A stretch of DNA of 64,000 nucleotides from Desulfatiglandales bacterium (GCA_963665715.2 CAXXPR010000002.1:372437-436436); one strand, 5' to 3'; positions 18,310 through 28,729 are shown, counted from the first letter of the stretch. Made by a program: numbers and translations. Notes: generated by a model from the letters alone, not told the origin.

Positions 18310-20013
18310 TTATGAGGCAGGATTCTTTTTCAGTTCCCCTTTAAATACACTGAGTACTTCCTTTACGGAATCAGGGATTTCCTGCCTTTCAATCATGTTG
18401 GGTCCTTCACCTTGTTTTACTGCTGATTTTTTTGGTGCCTTTACCGATACTTTAATGTCCTTTTCGTAGTATTCTCTGCAAAAGCTGTTCAGCTTGTCTG
18501 TATTTTCGGAGTCATTAAAATAACGCTCCGCAAAGGGTGAATCAGCCCTTTCCAATTCAATAATCGAGTCAGACTCTTTTATCAGTTTACAGCCCTTGAT
18601 GACCGCGGACATTCCTTTGCTGTTTGATGATACGTAGTCAAGAAGGCCTTTCCAGTTCCTGTTTGTGTTTGCAGGAGCTGCCGGTGAAGGTGCTGGCGCA
18701 GATGCCGGTGTCGGTTCAGGTGCCGGTGCTGTTTTTTCTGCAGGCTTTTCCGGCTGTGCCGCAGGACGGGACGGAATTTCCGGTTCCCAGATCGGTTCAG
18801 GTTCGGAAATTACAGATTCAGTTTTTTTTTTATATACCGGCTCATCATTTTGATGATCCGGCGCCCCGCTTCCTATTCTTTTTTCGAGGGCTTCAAGTTT
18901 CCGGAGGAGATCCCCTACAGACAGGAGTTCTCCCAGTCTTGAAAGCTTTATCATAATCGTCTCAAGCACCAGCCTTGAGTGAGATGTAAACCTGAAAGCC
19001 TCTTCTTTTGTAATCAATATATTAAGGCATTGCTGGAGTTTTTCAAGTCCTGCCTTTTTTGCCTGATCTTCAAGATCCTTTTTACTGTCTTCCGCAATAT
19101 CAAGAAGATCTTTGCCCGGAGCTGCCAGACATATCATCAGATTCCTGAAGTGATCCATCAGCGCCTTGTAAAATTCTTTTATGTCGTAGCCAAAGTGATA
19201 TATCTGGTCTACTATCTCTATACAGGCGTCTGACCTGCCGTCAATTATTGCTTCCGATGCTTTAAATATCAGCTCGCTGTCTATTATTCCCAGGATATCG
19301 GCAATATTTTCATTGTCTATTTTTGAGCCTGAAAAGGATATCACCTGGTCAAGAAGGCTTACTGCGTCTCTCATTCCGCCGTCAGCTTCTCTTGCTATCA
19401 GGGTAAGCCCCTGTTTTGATATATCTATGTTTTCTTCCGAGGTGATTTTTTCGAGCTGTTTTACAATGGTGTTTTGAGGGATTCTCTTGAAATCAAACCT
19501 CTGGCACCTTGAAAGAATGGTTATAGGGACCTTGTGAGGCTCTGTTGTTGCAAATATAAATTTTACATGCGCAGGCGGTTCTTCAAGGGTTTTTAACAGT
19601 GCATTAAAAGCCTGCAGCGTAAGCATGTGAACTTCATCTATTATATAGACTCTGAATCTTCCGGTAGAGGGCATATGCTTGATATTTTCCCTCAGTTCTC
19701 TTATTTCATCTATACCGCGGTTTGAAGCTCCGTCGATTTCCTGCACATCCATTGAAGATCCTGCAGAAATATCCAGGCATGACTCACATTTATTACAGGG
19801 ATTTCCTTCAATACTGTTTTTGCAGTTGATTGCCTTGGCAAGTATTCGTGCAATGGAGGTTTTTCCGACTCCCCTTGCACCGCTGAAAAGGTAGGCATGG
19901 TGAAGTCTGTCTGTGGTAATGGCATTTATGAGTGTTCTGGTAACATGCTCCTGACCCAGAACATCCTGAAATATTTGAGGTCGCCATTTTCTTGCAAAAA
20001 CTTCATACGCCAT
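18310..20013 (-). CDS. dnaX: DNA polymerase III subunit gamma/tau
   Basis: ARKWRPQ, GARGVGKT, DGASNRG, IIDEVHML, SRCQRF. Confidence 0.98.
   Translation of the reverse strand: MAYEVFARKWRPQIFQDVLGQEHVTRTLINAITTDRLHHAYLFSGARGVGKTSIARILAKAINCKNSIEGNPCNKCESCLDISAGSSMDVQEIDGASNRGIDEIRELRENIKHMPSTGRFRVYIIDEVHMLTLQAFNALLKTLEEPPAHVKFIFATTEPHKVPITILSRCQRFDFKRIPQNTIVKQLEKITSEENIDISKQGLTLIAREADGGMRDAVSLLDQVISFSGSKIDNENIADILGIIDSELIFKASEAIIDGRSDACIEIVDQIYHFGYDIKEFYKALMDHFRNLMICLAAPGKDLLDIAEDSKKDLEDQAKKAGLEKLQQCLNILITKEEAFRFTSHSRLVLETIMIKLSRLGELLSVGDLLRKLEALEKRIGSGAPDHQNDEPVYKKKTESVISEPEPIWEPEIPSRPAAQPEKPAEKTAPAPEPTPASAPAPSPAAPANTNRNWKGLLDYVSSNSKGMSAVIKGCKLIKESDSIIELERADSPFAERYFNDSENTDKLNSFCREYYEKDIKVSVKAPKKSAVKQGEGPNMIERQEIPDSVKEVLSVFKGELKKNPAS
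18810..18831 (-). other. A10 slippage/frameshift site in dnaX (candidate gamma-generating signal)
   Basis: Minus strand TAT AAA AAA AAA ACT GAA TCT GTA A; both alternative frames stop within 1-3 codons after the run. Confidence 0.65.
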
Positions 20014-20040
20014 GTCTTAGTTACTCTTCTATGAAAAAAA

Positions 20041-20134
20041 TGGCGGAGAGAGAGGGATTCGAACCCTCGGTACCGCTTGTGGCAGTACACACGATTTCCA
20101 GTCGTGCTCCTTCAGCCAGCTCGGACATCTCTCC
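20041..20134 (-). tRNA. tRNA-Ser(GGA)
   Basis: GGAGAGA/TCTCTCC acceptor stem with encoded CCA, anticodon loop CTGGAAA, long variable arm, GGTTCGAATCC T-loop. Confidence 0.97.
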
Positions 20135-20509
20135 GCAAAAAAACAGCGGTTAAAAATCTATTCTATTCTTGGACTTTTAAATTTCAACCAAATTCTGTGA
20201 CCTTCGAAAGCACAGGGACCGTTTTATAGCAGAAATAGTTTAATATGGAAAGGGTAAAAAATGGACTGAAAAGGAAAATAAATGATTAACTCAAAGTTTT
20301 TTTAATCGAGTGATTTAAAAAACGGGCCGCTGCATACAGCTGTATTGACATTTTTTTGACGGACTGCCTTTTAACAGGATGTTTATTATTTGGCATACCA
20401 AAAATGATCCTTTCATTTTTCCTGTTTTTTACCTGTAAAAATCTGGATATCTGCTGTTAACACAGCGAAACAGCCTGTATTGTTAAAATATTATTAAGTA
20501 GCATCCTTT

Positions 20510-20524
20510 TGGCACCTGGTTTGC
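20510..20524 (+). promoter_or_regulatory. Sigma54 promoter of the MCP gene
   Basis: TGGCAC-CTGGT-TTGC, consensus -24/-12, 70 nt before the ATG. Confidence 0.8.
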
Positions 20525-20594
20525 TAACCTTATGTGACGACTGTTTACACCTGAGCCTCATTATATTCAAATTATTGCTGAACGGAGATGTAGA

Positions 20595-22892
20595 ATGTTC
20601 TTAAAGAATTGCAGTCTGAATAAAAAAATTCTTCTGGCCTTTTTTGTTATAGGTATAATACCCTTTCTTGCTGCAGGATTTGTTTCCCTTCAAAAAGCGG
20701 AGTCCTCACTTCACAGACAATCCTTTAACCAGCTTGAAAGTATTCGTGAAATAAAAAAGAAGGAAATCGAAAAATATTTTACCACCCTTAAAAATCAGAT
20801 AATCACTTTTTCTGAAAACAGTATGGTTGTGGACGCAATGGAGCGTTTTGAGAACGCTTTTGAAAGTATTATTTCTGATAATAGTATTACAGCATCGGAT
20901 ATACTGCGTATGAGACAGGAACTTTCAGCTTATTACACAGATGATTTTGCAGAAGAGTATAAAAAGCAGGAGGATGCTTCACCTCCGGATATGAGGCGGA
21001 TTCTTGACCGTTTAAGCGATGAATCCATCATTCTGCAGTATTATTATATAAAAAGGAATTCTAACCCGCTCGGCTCAAAAGACAGGCTCATAAAATCCGA
21101 TGACGCCTCCTCATACAGTTCTTTCCACGCTAAAATTCACCCTGTAATAAGCAGCTACCGTGAAAAATTCGGTTATTACGACATTTTTTTAATCAGCGCC
21201 GAAACCGGCAGTATAGTTTACTCCGTTTTTAAGGAACTTGATTTTTCTACCTCTCTCTTAACGGGCCCCTATGCTGACACAAATTTTGCAGATGCCTATA
21301 GAAAGGCCCGTGATGATTCAGACAAAGACGCCTTTATTATCACGGACTTTGCAAGATATCTGCCTTCATACGATGCGCCTGCGGGTTTTATTGCAAGCCC
21401 TGTGTATAAAGAAAACAGATTACTGGGAGTTGCAGTCTTTCAGTTCCCCATTGATCAGCTCAATAAAATTATGAGCGAAAGAACAGGAATGGGTGATACC
21501 GGTGAAACCTACCTTGTAGGTCCGGATAAACTCATGCGTTCTGATTCATATCTTGAACCTGTTAACCACAGCGTAGCTGCATCATTTAAAAATCCGCAGA
21601 AAGGAACGGTTGATACAGCAGCTGTTCATGAGGCCTTTAAAGGCATAACCGGAAAGGATATAATACGGGACTATAACGGCAACAGCGTGCTGTCAGCGTA
21701 CACTTCTTTAAAATCCGGAGATATAAACTGGGCGCTGATTGCCGAGATAGATGAAGCCGAGGCATTTGCCCCTGTTAAATCCATGCAGCATCTCATTATG
21801 GTTATAGGTGTTACAGGTACGGTTATAATCATTTTTGCGGCGTTTTTCCTCTCCTGCCAGATAACAGGACCAATAAAAAAGGGCGTTCAGTTTGCTGAAT
21901 CAGTGGCAGGCGGCGATCTTACAGGAAGGCTTGAACTGGATCTGGGAGATGAAATCGGTTCGCTTTCAAAGGCCCTTAACCTTATGACCGAAAAGATAGG
22001 AAACATAATCAGCGATATAAAATCCAGCGCAAGGGTGCTTACAGCCTCATCCGGAGAAATGTCTGAAGCATCTTTTGTTATGTCCGAAAAGGCCATGGAA
22101 ACAAAGGAAAAGGCCCATTCTGTGGCATCATCTGCAGAAGAGATGAGTGCTAATATGAATACCGCTGCAGCCTCTTCGGAACAGGCATCAACAAATTTTC
22201 AGATTATTGCTTCTGCGGCAGAACAGATGGGATCAACAATAAAAGAAATCGCCCAGAATACCGAAAAGGCGAGAAGTATTTCGGGTAATGCTGTTGAAAC
22301 GACACAGAGAACATCCGATAGAGTAAATAATCTTCGTGCTGCTGCAGAAAGAATAGGAAAGGTAACCGCAGCTATAAAGGATATAATGGATCAGACAAAC
22401 CTGCTTGCGCTTAATGCAACAATAGAGGCGGCTAGGGCAGGGGAGGCCGGAAAAAGTTTTGGTGTTGTTGCAAATGAAATAAAAGAGCTTGCGTCCCAGA
22501 CATCCGATGCAAACAGTGAAATTAACCTAATTTTACAGGGTATGCAGGAAAGCACGGATGAAACAATAGAAGATATACTTTCTATCAGTAATGTCATAGA
22601 GGATGTGAACAGCATTGTAACAACAATTGCAGCGGCAGTTGAAGAACAGACAGCTGCAACCGATGAGATAGTCGATAATCTCAATCAGGCGGCAAGGGGT
22701 ATACAGGAAATAACCGAAGGCGTGGCAGCAAATTCCGCTGTTGCAGATGAAATATCAAAGGATATATCGGATGTGAACATCGTGTCAGGCGAGTTTAAGG
22801 ATCAAAGCAGTATAATAAATGTAAAGTCTGATGAACTTGCACAGGTTGCAGGAAATCTCAATAAAATGGTCGACAGGTTTAAGGTGGGGTAA
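20595..22892 (+). CDS. Methyl-accepting chemotaxis protein (Cache-type sensor, HAMP)
   Basis: Two transmembrane helices, GETYLVG Cache motif, DEIG.L HAMP, QTNLLALNATIEAARAGEAGK hairpin tip. Confidence 0.96.
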   Translation: MFLKNCSLNKKILLAFFVIGIIPFLAAGFVSLQKAESSLHRQSFNQLESIREIKKKEIEKYFTTLKNQIITFSENSMVVDAMERFENAFESIISDNSITASDILRMRQELSAYYTDDFAEEYKKQEDASPPDMRRILDRLSDESIILQYYYIKRNSNPLGSKDRLIKSDDASSYSSFHAKIHPVISSYREKFGYYDIFLISAETGSIVYSVFKELDFSTSLLTGPYADTNFADAYRKARDDSDKDAFIITDFARYLPSYDAPAGFIASPVYKENRLLGVAVFQFPIDQLNKIMSERTGMGDTGETYLVGPDKLMRSDSYLEPVNHSVAASFKNPQKGTVDTAAVHEAFKGITGKDIIRDYNGNSVLSAYTSLKSGDINWALIAEIDEAEAFAPVKSMQHLIMVIGVTGTVIIIFAAFFLSCQITGPIKKGVQFAESVAGGDLTGRLELDLGDEIGSLSKALNLMTEKIGNIISDIKSSARVLTASSGEMSEASFVMSEKAMETKEKAHSVASSAEEMSANMNTAAASSEQASTNFQIIASAAEQMGSTIKEIAQNTEKARSISGNAVETTQRTSDRVNNLRAAAERIGKVTAAIKDIMDQTNLLALNATIEAARAGEAGKSFGVVANEIKELASQTSDANSEINLILQGMQESTDETIEDILSISNVIEDVNSIVTTIAAAVEEQTAATDEIVDNLNQAARGIQEITEGVAANSAVADEISKDISDVNIVSGEFKDQSSIINVKSDELAQVAGNLNKMVDRFKVG

Positions 22893-22893
22893 A

Positions 22894-22929
22894 AGCAGCT
22901 CACAGCATTCAGCGGTCAGCTTTCAGCTT
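22894..22929. repeat. Heptamer tandem repeat (cagcNNN) between convergent genes
   Basis: cagctca-cagcatt-cagcggt-cagcttt-cagc; the 18-mer cagcggtcagctttcagc recurs exactly at 27664. Confidence 0.7.
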
Positions 22930-22963
22930 AAAGATTAAAAACTGCCCCGAAATGCGGTAATGT

Positions 22964-23455
22964 TTATTTGTCAGCTGAGATAATTACTCTGCCTCTTGAT
23001 GTAAAGGATATCCCCTGCTGTGTCTGGGTTCCGATCATTATTGATTCAACAATGGGCGGATTTACAGGCTCATCCGATTCCCACTTTACAATAAAATTTG
23101 CACCTGAACCCCCGCTTGTATCTTTTTCAGGGATAACATAGCGCAGAGAACCAAGCGGGTTTAACTTTACCGGTTTATTGATCTGTTTTTTCAGAAGTTT
23201 TCCTTCTGTCTCGTAATAGTCTGCAGCAGTGATTCTGATTTTTTTTGATGGATCAATATTTCGTATACTTAGTGTAACAGTAAGCAGAAAAGGTTTTTCT
23301 CTGCTTCCGCTGTATATGTGAGAATATGCAGGTACATAGATTGTCTGCCCCATGGACAGCCCCTTACCTGATTCTTCACTGTAAGCCGGAGCCTGAAACA
23401 GAAGACACAGAGATAATAAAAAACAGAAAAGTCCCGGAATGGTATTATTATTCAT
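22964..23455 (-). CDS. DUF3124-like exported protein
   Basis: Signal peptide; GQTIYVPAYSHIY, TLSIRN.D, GGSGANFIV.W, P.VESIMI, GISFTS.G. Confidence 0.85.
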   Translation of the reverse strand: MNNNTIPGLFCFLLSLCLLFQAPAYSEESGKGLSMGQTIYVPAYSHIYSGSREKPFLLTVTLSIRNIDPSKKIRITAADYYETEGKLLKKQINKPVKLNPLGSLRYVIPEKDTSGGSGANFIVKWESDEPVNPPIVESIMIGTQTQQGISFTSRGRVIISADK

Positions 23456-23529
23456 TGCTGCTCTCCTGTAAAAGATTAACAGAAAAAATATACCTGACTG
23501 TAAGCTATGCGGTCAAATATAATAATTTT

Positions 23530-23922
23530 TCAAAGGTCTTTAAAAAAGCTTTTAATCCAGACAAAACAGATAAGAAGTATTGCAACCCAGACTGCGGCTA
23601 TTACCGCCGCCGCCCGTTTACTGGCGGGTATTTTTACGGAATGTTCATCTTTATACCTTTCACGGTATTCTTCCCATATACTCTCAGGCACAAGTTTTAC
23701 AGCCAGCCATATACCAAGGGGCAGAAGGATGAGATCATCAAGATAACCAAGGACAGGTATAAAATCAGGGATCAGGTCAACTGGGCTCACTGCATAAGCA
23801 ATGACGCAGATCATAACAAGTTTGGGCAGCAGAGGGACACGCGGATCCCCTGCCGCCCTGTACAGTATATAGATATTGCGTTTTAGTTCACGCGCCCGTT
23901 GTTTTAAGGCGGATAAACTCAT
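23530..23922 (-). CDS. YkvA/DUF1232 membrane protein
   Basis: YAVSPVDLIPDFIPVLGYLDD signature. Confidence 0.92.
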   Translation of the reverse strand: MSLSALKQRARELKRNIYILYRAAGDPRVPLLPKLVMICVIAYAVSPVDLIPDFIPVLGYLDDLILLPLGIWLAVKLVPESIWEEYRERYKDEHSVKIPASKRAAAVIAAVWVAILLICFVWIKSFFKDL

Positions 23923-23937
23923 AATGACTCAAGATCC

Positions 23938-25311
23938 CTAAAAATATATCTGAAAGCGGGACATAAGGATATTTGCATCTGCCTCATCTATTAATACTCC
24001 TCCGCTGTTCCTGTCTTTTATGGTGGCCAGTATATAATTAAGATCCCATCTCAGGTTCGGGTTAAGATACCAGTTGAGCCCAAGTGTCCAGTTTGTTTCT
24101 TTTCCTCCCCTGATATTACTGTCGTTAAGATCAAGCACCGAATATCTCAGTGCAACCTCCCATGCTCCCCATCCGGATTTATTGAGATGAAAATCATTAT
24201 TTATCTTTACCCTTGTAAATTCTCCTCCTCCGTCGTCCATCTGCCTGTATGCACGGTTTTCACCTGTCAGAAAGTAACTGCAGAACAGATACCATGCAGA
24301 AAAATCTGGATCATCGGAACCCTGTGCATCCACCATGGTATACACATATTCTCCCTGGGCAGAAAATGGTCCTTTAACAAAACCTATTTCACCGCCTAAA
24401 AGGTCAATGGAATCTGCGCCTGCAATATTGCCTGTATCAGCCAGACGGACATCAGTAATATGAGTTTCCGGCCGTTCTCTGATCCTCAGCGTATTATCAT
24501 CTTTTCTGAACTGATGACTGTATGAAAAACCAAGGTGCAGAAGATTTCTGCCGTTGTCGCTGTTTATGGGCAGACCCGTGATTCTGCCGGTAATATCGTA
24601 ATCCGACCCGTCCTCAAATCCGTCGCCTGTATCATCCACATCCTTCATAAGGCTTAGTGACCAGGCCAGGTTTTTATTTTTAGTGCTGTTTATTATTTTA
24701 ATACCGGTGTTTCTTGTGGGGACAAGGGCTGAAGTCAGTCCTTTTTCCATAAAAACAAGATACATTGCGTTATTAAGATTTTCCATTGAAAATGGTTCTT
24801 TCTGGTGTCCGAACCTTACCTGGCCCAGGACCGGAATATTTTTCATACCGACCCACACATCCTTGAAATCGGCATCGCCACCAACAAAATCGTATTCAGC
24901 CCTGAATGTTATGTCGTTATAGATTGTTCCGGAAAATTCAATCCTTGCCTGCCTGAACTCTGTACCGCTTCCTTCGAGCAGGGTATCTCCAAATGCGTTC
25001 TCAAGCTTCTGATCCGCATCTATAACCGCCCAGTCGTTCAGTATCCTGCCTACAAATTTAACGTCAAAGGCTTTGTCATCACTGCTGAACCTGAAGCCGT
25101 TTTTCCACTGGATCTTTATTTCCTTTTCCTTTGTTTTGTCTGTAATCTGTTTTGACAGTTCCTCATACTGTGTGTCCGTAATAGCTTTGTTCTCGTGCAG
25201 CACTTTTAAAAGAGCAATATTGGGATCACTGTCAGTACCTGCAAATGAAGGTTTAATTGCCAGAATCAGCATTATGATTCCAAATGTGAGTGTCGCAGTA
25301 ATTTTTTTCAT
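23938..25311 (-). CDS. OprO/OprP-family anion-selective porin
   Basis: Signal peptide, FRQARI...G, G.QKEPFSME, LTGE.R.Y, GAWEVALRYS, TLGLNWY, terminal aromatic residue. Confidence 0.9.
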   Translation of the reverse strand: MKKITATLTFGIIMLILAIKPSFAGTDSDPNIALLKVLHENKAITDTQYEELSKQITDKTKEKEIKIQWKNGFRFSSDDKAFDVKFVGRILNDWAVIDADQKLENAFGDTLLEGSGTEFRQARIEFSGTIYNDITFRAEYDFVGGDADFKDVWVGMKNIPVLGQVRFGHQKEPFSMENLNNAMYLVFMEKGLTSALVPTRNTGIKIINSTKNKNLAWSLSLMKDVDDTGDGFEDGSDYDITGRITGLPINSDNGRNLLHLGFSYSHQFRKDDNTLRIRERPETHITDVRLADTGNIAGADSIDLLGGEIGFVKGPFSAQGEYVYTMVDAQGSDDPDFSAWYLFCSYFLTGENRAYRQMDDGGGEFTRVKINNDFHLNKSGWGAWEVALRYSVLDLNDSNIRGGKETNWTLGLNWYLNPNLRWDLNYILATIKDRNSGGVLIDEADANILMSRFQIYF

Positions 25312-25403
25312 AAGTTTTTTTTCCTCCCCCCGGATTTAAAAAAAATTAATAGTGTCCATCCGGAAAGAACAAATAACCGGATGGAGCATTGTGAATAAAA
25401 TAA

Positions 25404-25865
25404 TTACTTTTTTTTCTTTGGATAAAGATCGAATACAGAGGAGGGCATCTCCTCAATTTTTTTTATATTTTCATCCAGCTCCTTTTTTACACGTTCATCC
25501 TTTTTTCCCCAGGCTCCCTCGATTTTTTCAACAAGCTCATCGATCTCGCATGGTTTTGTCAGGTAGTCATAGGCCCCCAGTTTGAGGGCTTCAATTGCTG
25601 TATCCAGAGATCCGTGCCCGGTCAGTATCAGCACCTGGGTTAAAAGCCCCAGACTGGTAATTTCCTTAAGTGTTGCTATACCGTCCAGACCCGGCATTTT
25701 TATATCCAGGACAACAACATCAAAATCCTGTCTGTCCAGTTCCTTCAGTACTTCTTCTCCGCTGTTGACTGCTGTTACCCAGTATCCCCTGTTGTTTAAC
25801 AGTCTTGCCATATTACCGGCAAAAATGACTTCATCATCAGCCAGCAGTATTCTGCTTCCAATCAT
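25404..25865 (-). CDS. Single-domain response regulator
   Basis: ILLADDE, VLDIKMPG, LTGHG, YLTKP. Confidence 0.95.
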   Translation of the reverse strand: MIGSRILLADDEVIFAGNMARLLNNRGYWVTAVNSGEEVLKELDRQDFDVVVLDIKMPGLDGIATLKEITSLGLLTQVLILTGHGSLDTAIEALKLGAYDYLTKPCEIDELVEKIEGAWGKKDERVKKELDENIKKIEEMPSSVFDLYPKKKK

Positions 25866-25906
25866 ATTTGCCTCCCTTAGGGTCAGTAAAACCGCGTTTG
25901 CATTTA

Positions 25907-27640
25907 TTAATTCAGGTTGTCAGCTTCATGATCCAGGGGTGCAATGTCAAAGGGAAGAAACACTCTGAATTCCGTGCCTTTTCCGTAGACGCTCTGCACC
26001 GTGATATTCCCTCCCAGGTTCCGGACAATAGTGTGGCAGATGGAAAGTCCCAGACCTGTACCTTTTCCTGCAGGTTTTGTTGAATAGAACGGATCAAATA
26101 TATTTGCCATGTCCCTTTCATTGATTCCGCATCCGCTGTCTGCTATTGAAACTGAAACGCCGGATGGTGCTGTTTCCTTTCTTGTGGTTATGCTGATAGA
26201 GCCGATGGCCCTGTCGTTATGAGCATCAATGGCATTATTTATAAGGTTTAAAAATACCTGCTGCAGCTGTGAGATGTCGGATTTTATTTTCGGGAGTTTT
26301 TCATCGAGAGCTGCAGTAAACCTTATGCCGCCTGTCCTTGCGTCTCTTTCCATGAGCTCAATGATTTCCATAAGAAAGCTGTTTAGATCAACTGTCTCAA
26401 TGATTGATTTTGTTCTTCTTGAAAACCTTAAAAGATTATGGGTTATGCGTTTGCACCTGTTTGCCTGGACCGAAATCTGATCCATGGATACCATAAACTG
26501 TTTGGCAAACTCTTCGTCATTGATGTTCGTGTTCTCATACTGGTCCAGGAGAATCTGTCTTTCTGTCATTATTATGGCTATCGGATTATTTATCTCATGG
26601 GCCACACCGGCAGCCAGCTCTCCTATAGATGCAAGTTTGCCTGCCTGAAGCAGCTGTGAATTCAGGCTTTCCGCCTCCCTGTCTCTTGTCCTGATAATTT
26701 TAACCATATAACGGGTGATAAAGATTGTAACTATAAGGATGGTAAGTGCGCTTATATGAAGGAATATAAGGTTCATTTCAGTGGCATGATTTATCTCGGA
26801 AAACGCCTCATCATATTTCTGCCTTATAACAAGAAGCCATTCAGGATGTGAGAGCCATGACCTGCCGACTATATATTTATCGGAAGTTTCATCTGTGGCG
26901 TCAGCAAGGATATCTACAGCCGTACCGTTAAAATCACTGATATCAGCGGCTGATTTCTCCATTATCCTTCCGGAAAATCTGGAACTTGTCTGAAAGACTC
27001 CTTCCCTGTTTACAAGGTATACTTCTCCTGTTTCGCCTATCTTTACATTCTCGACAAGTGTTCTGAATACATCTGTGTTCACGGTTGCGCGTAAAATCCA
27101 TTTGCCGTCGGTATCAGGTCTTGCAACCGCTATGACAAAGTGAGGCTCGTTTCTGAAGCCCGTGAACATGTCGCTGATATAAATACCCTTCTGCATGACC
27201 TCTTTAAACCATGGCGTGTCGAGATAGTTTTTTTCCATGAGGTCGTAGGGGCCGATGTAGGCAAGATGATTTCCCCTGCTGCTGATAAGCCCTATGTCTG
27301 TTATGGTTCCTGAATCCCTGTTTATATTTTCAAATATGGACTGAAGATTGTCAGGAGCAAGAAGGAAATCCTTTGTGTTGGCATAGGCAATCAGTCTGAG
27401 TTTAGAGCTCTGTTCCATGAGAAACTGCTCAATAAAACGCCTGTGATTATCAACCTGGTCACTGAAGTTATGGGTTATTCTGGTCCTTGCAAAATGGGTG
27501 TAATATATTGCAAGCCCCCATCCTGCCAGGAGCAGCGGAACAAAAGAGCATATAACGGTGAGGAAGGTGAACTTTTTTAAAAGATATTTATAAAATGACT
27601 CTTTTTCTACTGGCGTCTGATTATTTTTATTATCTTTCAT
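25907..27640 (-). CDS. Cache-domain sensor histidine kinase (NtrB-like)
   Basis: Two TM helices, LAAGVAHEINNP, NLINNAIDA, DSGCG, FDPFYSTK, GTGLGL. Confidence 0.95.
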   Translation of the reverse strand: MKDNKNNQTPVEKESFYKYLLKKFTFLTVICSFVPLLLAGWGLAIYYTHFARTRITHNFSDQVDNHRRFIEQFLMEQSSKLRLIAYANTKDFLLAPDNLQSIFENINRDSGTITDIGLISSRGNHLAYIGPYDLMEKNYLDTPWFKEVMQKGIYISDMFTGFRNEPHFVIAVARPDTDGKWILRATVNTDVFRTLVENVKIGETGEVYLVNREGVFQTSSRFSGRIMEKSAADISDFNGTAVDILADATDETSDKYIVGRSWLSHPEWLLVIRQKYDEAFSEINHATEMNLIFLHISALTILIVTIFITRYMVKIIRTRDREAESLNSQLLQAGKLASIGELAAGVAHEINNPIAIIMTERQILLDQYENTNINDEEFAKQFMVSMDQISVQANRCKRITHNLLRFSRRTKSIIETVDLNSFLMEIIELMERDARTGGIRFTAALDEKLPKIKSDISQLQQVFLNLINNAIDAHNDRAIGSISITTRKETAPSGVSVSIADSGCGINERDMANIFDPFYSTKPAGKGTGLGLSICHTIVRNLGGNITVQSVYGKGTEFRVFLPFDIAPLDHEADNLN

Positions 27641-27663
27641 TTTTCACCTTCATTTTTGCATGG

Positions 27664-27730
27664 CAGCGGTCAGCTTTCAGCAGAATACATTTAAACGGAG
27701 TCTTAGCTGACGGCTGACAGCGGACTGCTG
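27664..27730. repeat. Inverted heptamer-repeat element
   Basis: cagcggtcagctttcagc ... gctgacggctgacagcggactgctg; same unit family as 22894-22929. Confidence 0.7.
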
Positions 27731-27768
27731 AAAGTTCCATCCATATTTTTTATTATTATGGATGGGCA

Positions 27769-28428
27769 TTAACTCATATTCATTTCATTTAAACGGTATG
27801 TCAGCATACCAAGCTCAATTGAAATATCCTGACTTGCAATAACCATATTGTCCGGGACTTTTACAGGCCTTGATGCCAGATAAATAGCCGCTTTGACTCC
27901 CAGCCTGCTAAGCCTGTCTATCATACTTTGAACCTCTGACGGAGGCAGTGCTATTATGGCAATATTGTCATGTTCAGGATCAAGGGTTTCTTCAAGATCG
28001 TCGATGTGAAAAATATTCACCTGCGCCGGTATATTCCCGCTCAGATCCGTGTTTTCACAATATATCTTGTTGATGTAAAAATTATTGGACTTCAGAGTAA
28101 GTGAACTCATCAGAACTTCACTGTACTGTGTACTTCCTATAACTACCAGGCCCCATCCTTTATCCATGCCTATGATTCGGCCCAGTTCATGTTTTAATCT
28201 GGTGACCTCATATCCCAGGCCCCTTACCCCGAAACATCCGAAGTAAGACAGGTCTTTCCTTACCTGGGCAGATATACGTCCATCAATTTCAGCCAGTTCG
28301 GTGGAAGTAATGTATCGTATGCCTTTTCTTTCAAGCAGGTTTAATGTTCTGAAATAAGTTGAAATCCTTCGAATACAGGGGTCCGATATTTTTATTGTTT
28401 TTATCTCCGCGCTGATATTGCTAACCAT
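27769..28428 (-). CDS. rex: Rex-family redox-sensing repressor homolog with degenerate dinucleotide-binding loop
   Basis: RRISTY.R.L, S.ELA, AQVRKDLSYFG.FG.RG.GY.V winged helix; VIGSTQYS replaces GxGxxG. Confidence 0.85.
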   Translation of the reverse strand: MVSNISAEIKTIKISDPCIRRISTYFRTLNLLERKGIRYITSTELAEIDGRISAQVRKDLSYFGCFGVRGLGYEVTRLKHELGRIIGMDKGWGLVVIGSTQYSEVLMSSLTLKSNNFYINKIYCENTDLSGNIPAQVNIFHIDDLEETLDPEHDNIAIIALPPSEVQSMIDRLSRLGVKAAIYLASRPVKVPDNMVIASQDISIELGMLTYRLNEMNMS

Positions 28429-28496
28429 TTGTTAAATTCCTTGCTGTAAAATTTAATAACATTTCAGGTGCCGTAGGTTCCCTGCCAGGTTATATG

Positions 28497-28511
28497 GCAA
28501 AGTCCATGCCA
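28497..28511 (-). promoter_or_regulatory. Sigma54 promoter upstream of the rex-like gene
   Basis: Minus strand TGGCAT-GGACT-TTGC. Confidence 0.75.
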
Positions 28512-28729
28512 TGGTTTGAATAAAAAAACAGATGTGTAACGACCTGAAAATACATGAAAAAAAATAATAGAATAAAATCAGGGCTGCCTGAGAAAATGGT
28601 TTGTAATCAATTTGCAGACAGTGAGTGGGTATTGGGGGTTTCTATGTGCTGCGGGGTTGCCGGGGTATTTCTGCGGGATTCTGTTTTTTTGGGGGCCTTT
28701 AAAGCGGCGCAGGGCGCAGGGAAAAGCTT

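Noticed and set aside
20014-20590. SRP RNA (ffs), often found beside tRNA-Ser and dnaX
   Set aside because: Only 27 nt separate the tRNA and dnaX, and no SRP helix-8 motif (caggtccggaaggaagcag) was seen upstream.
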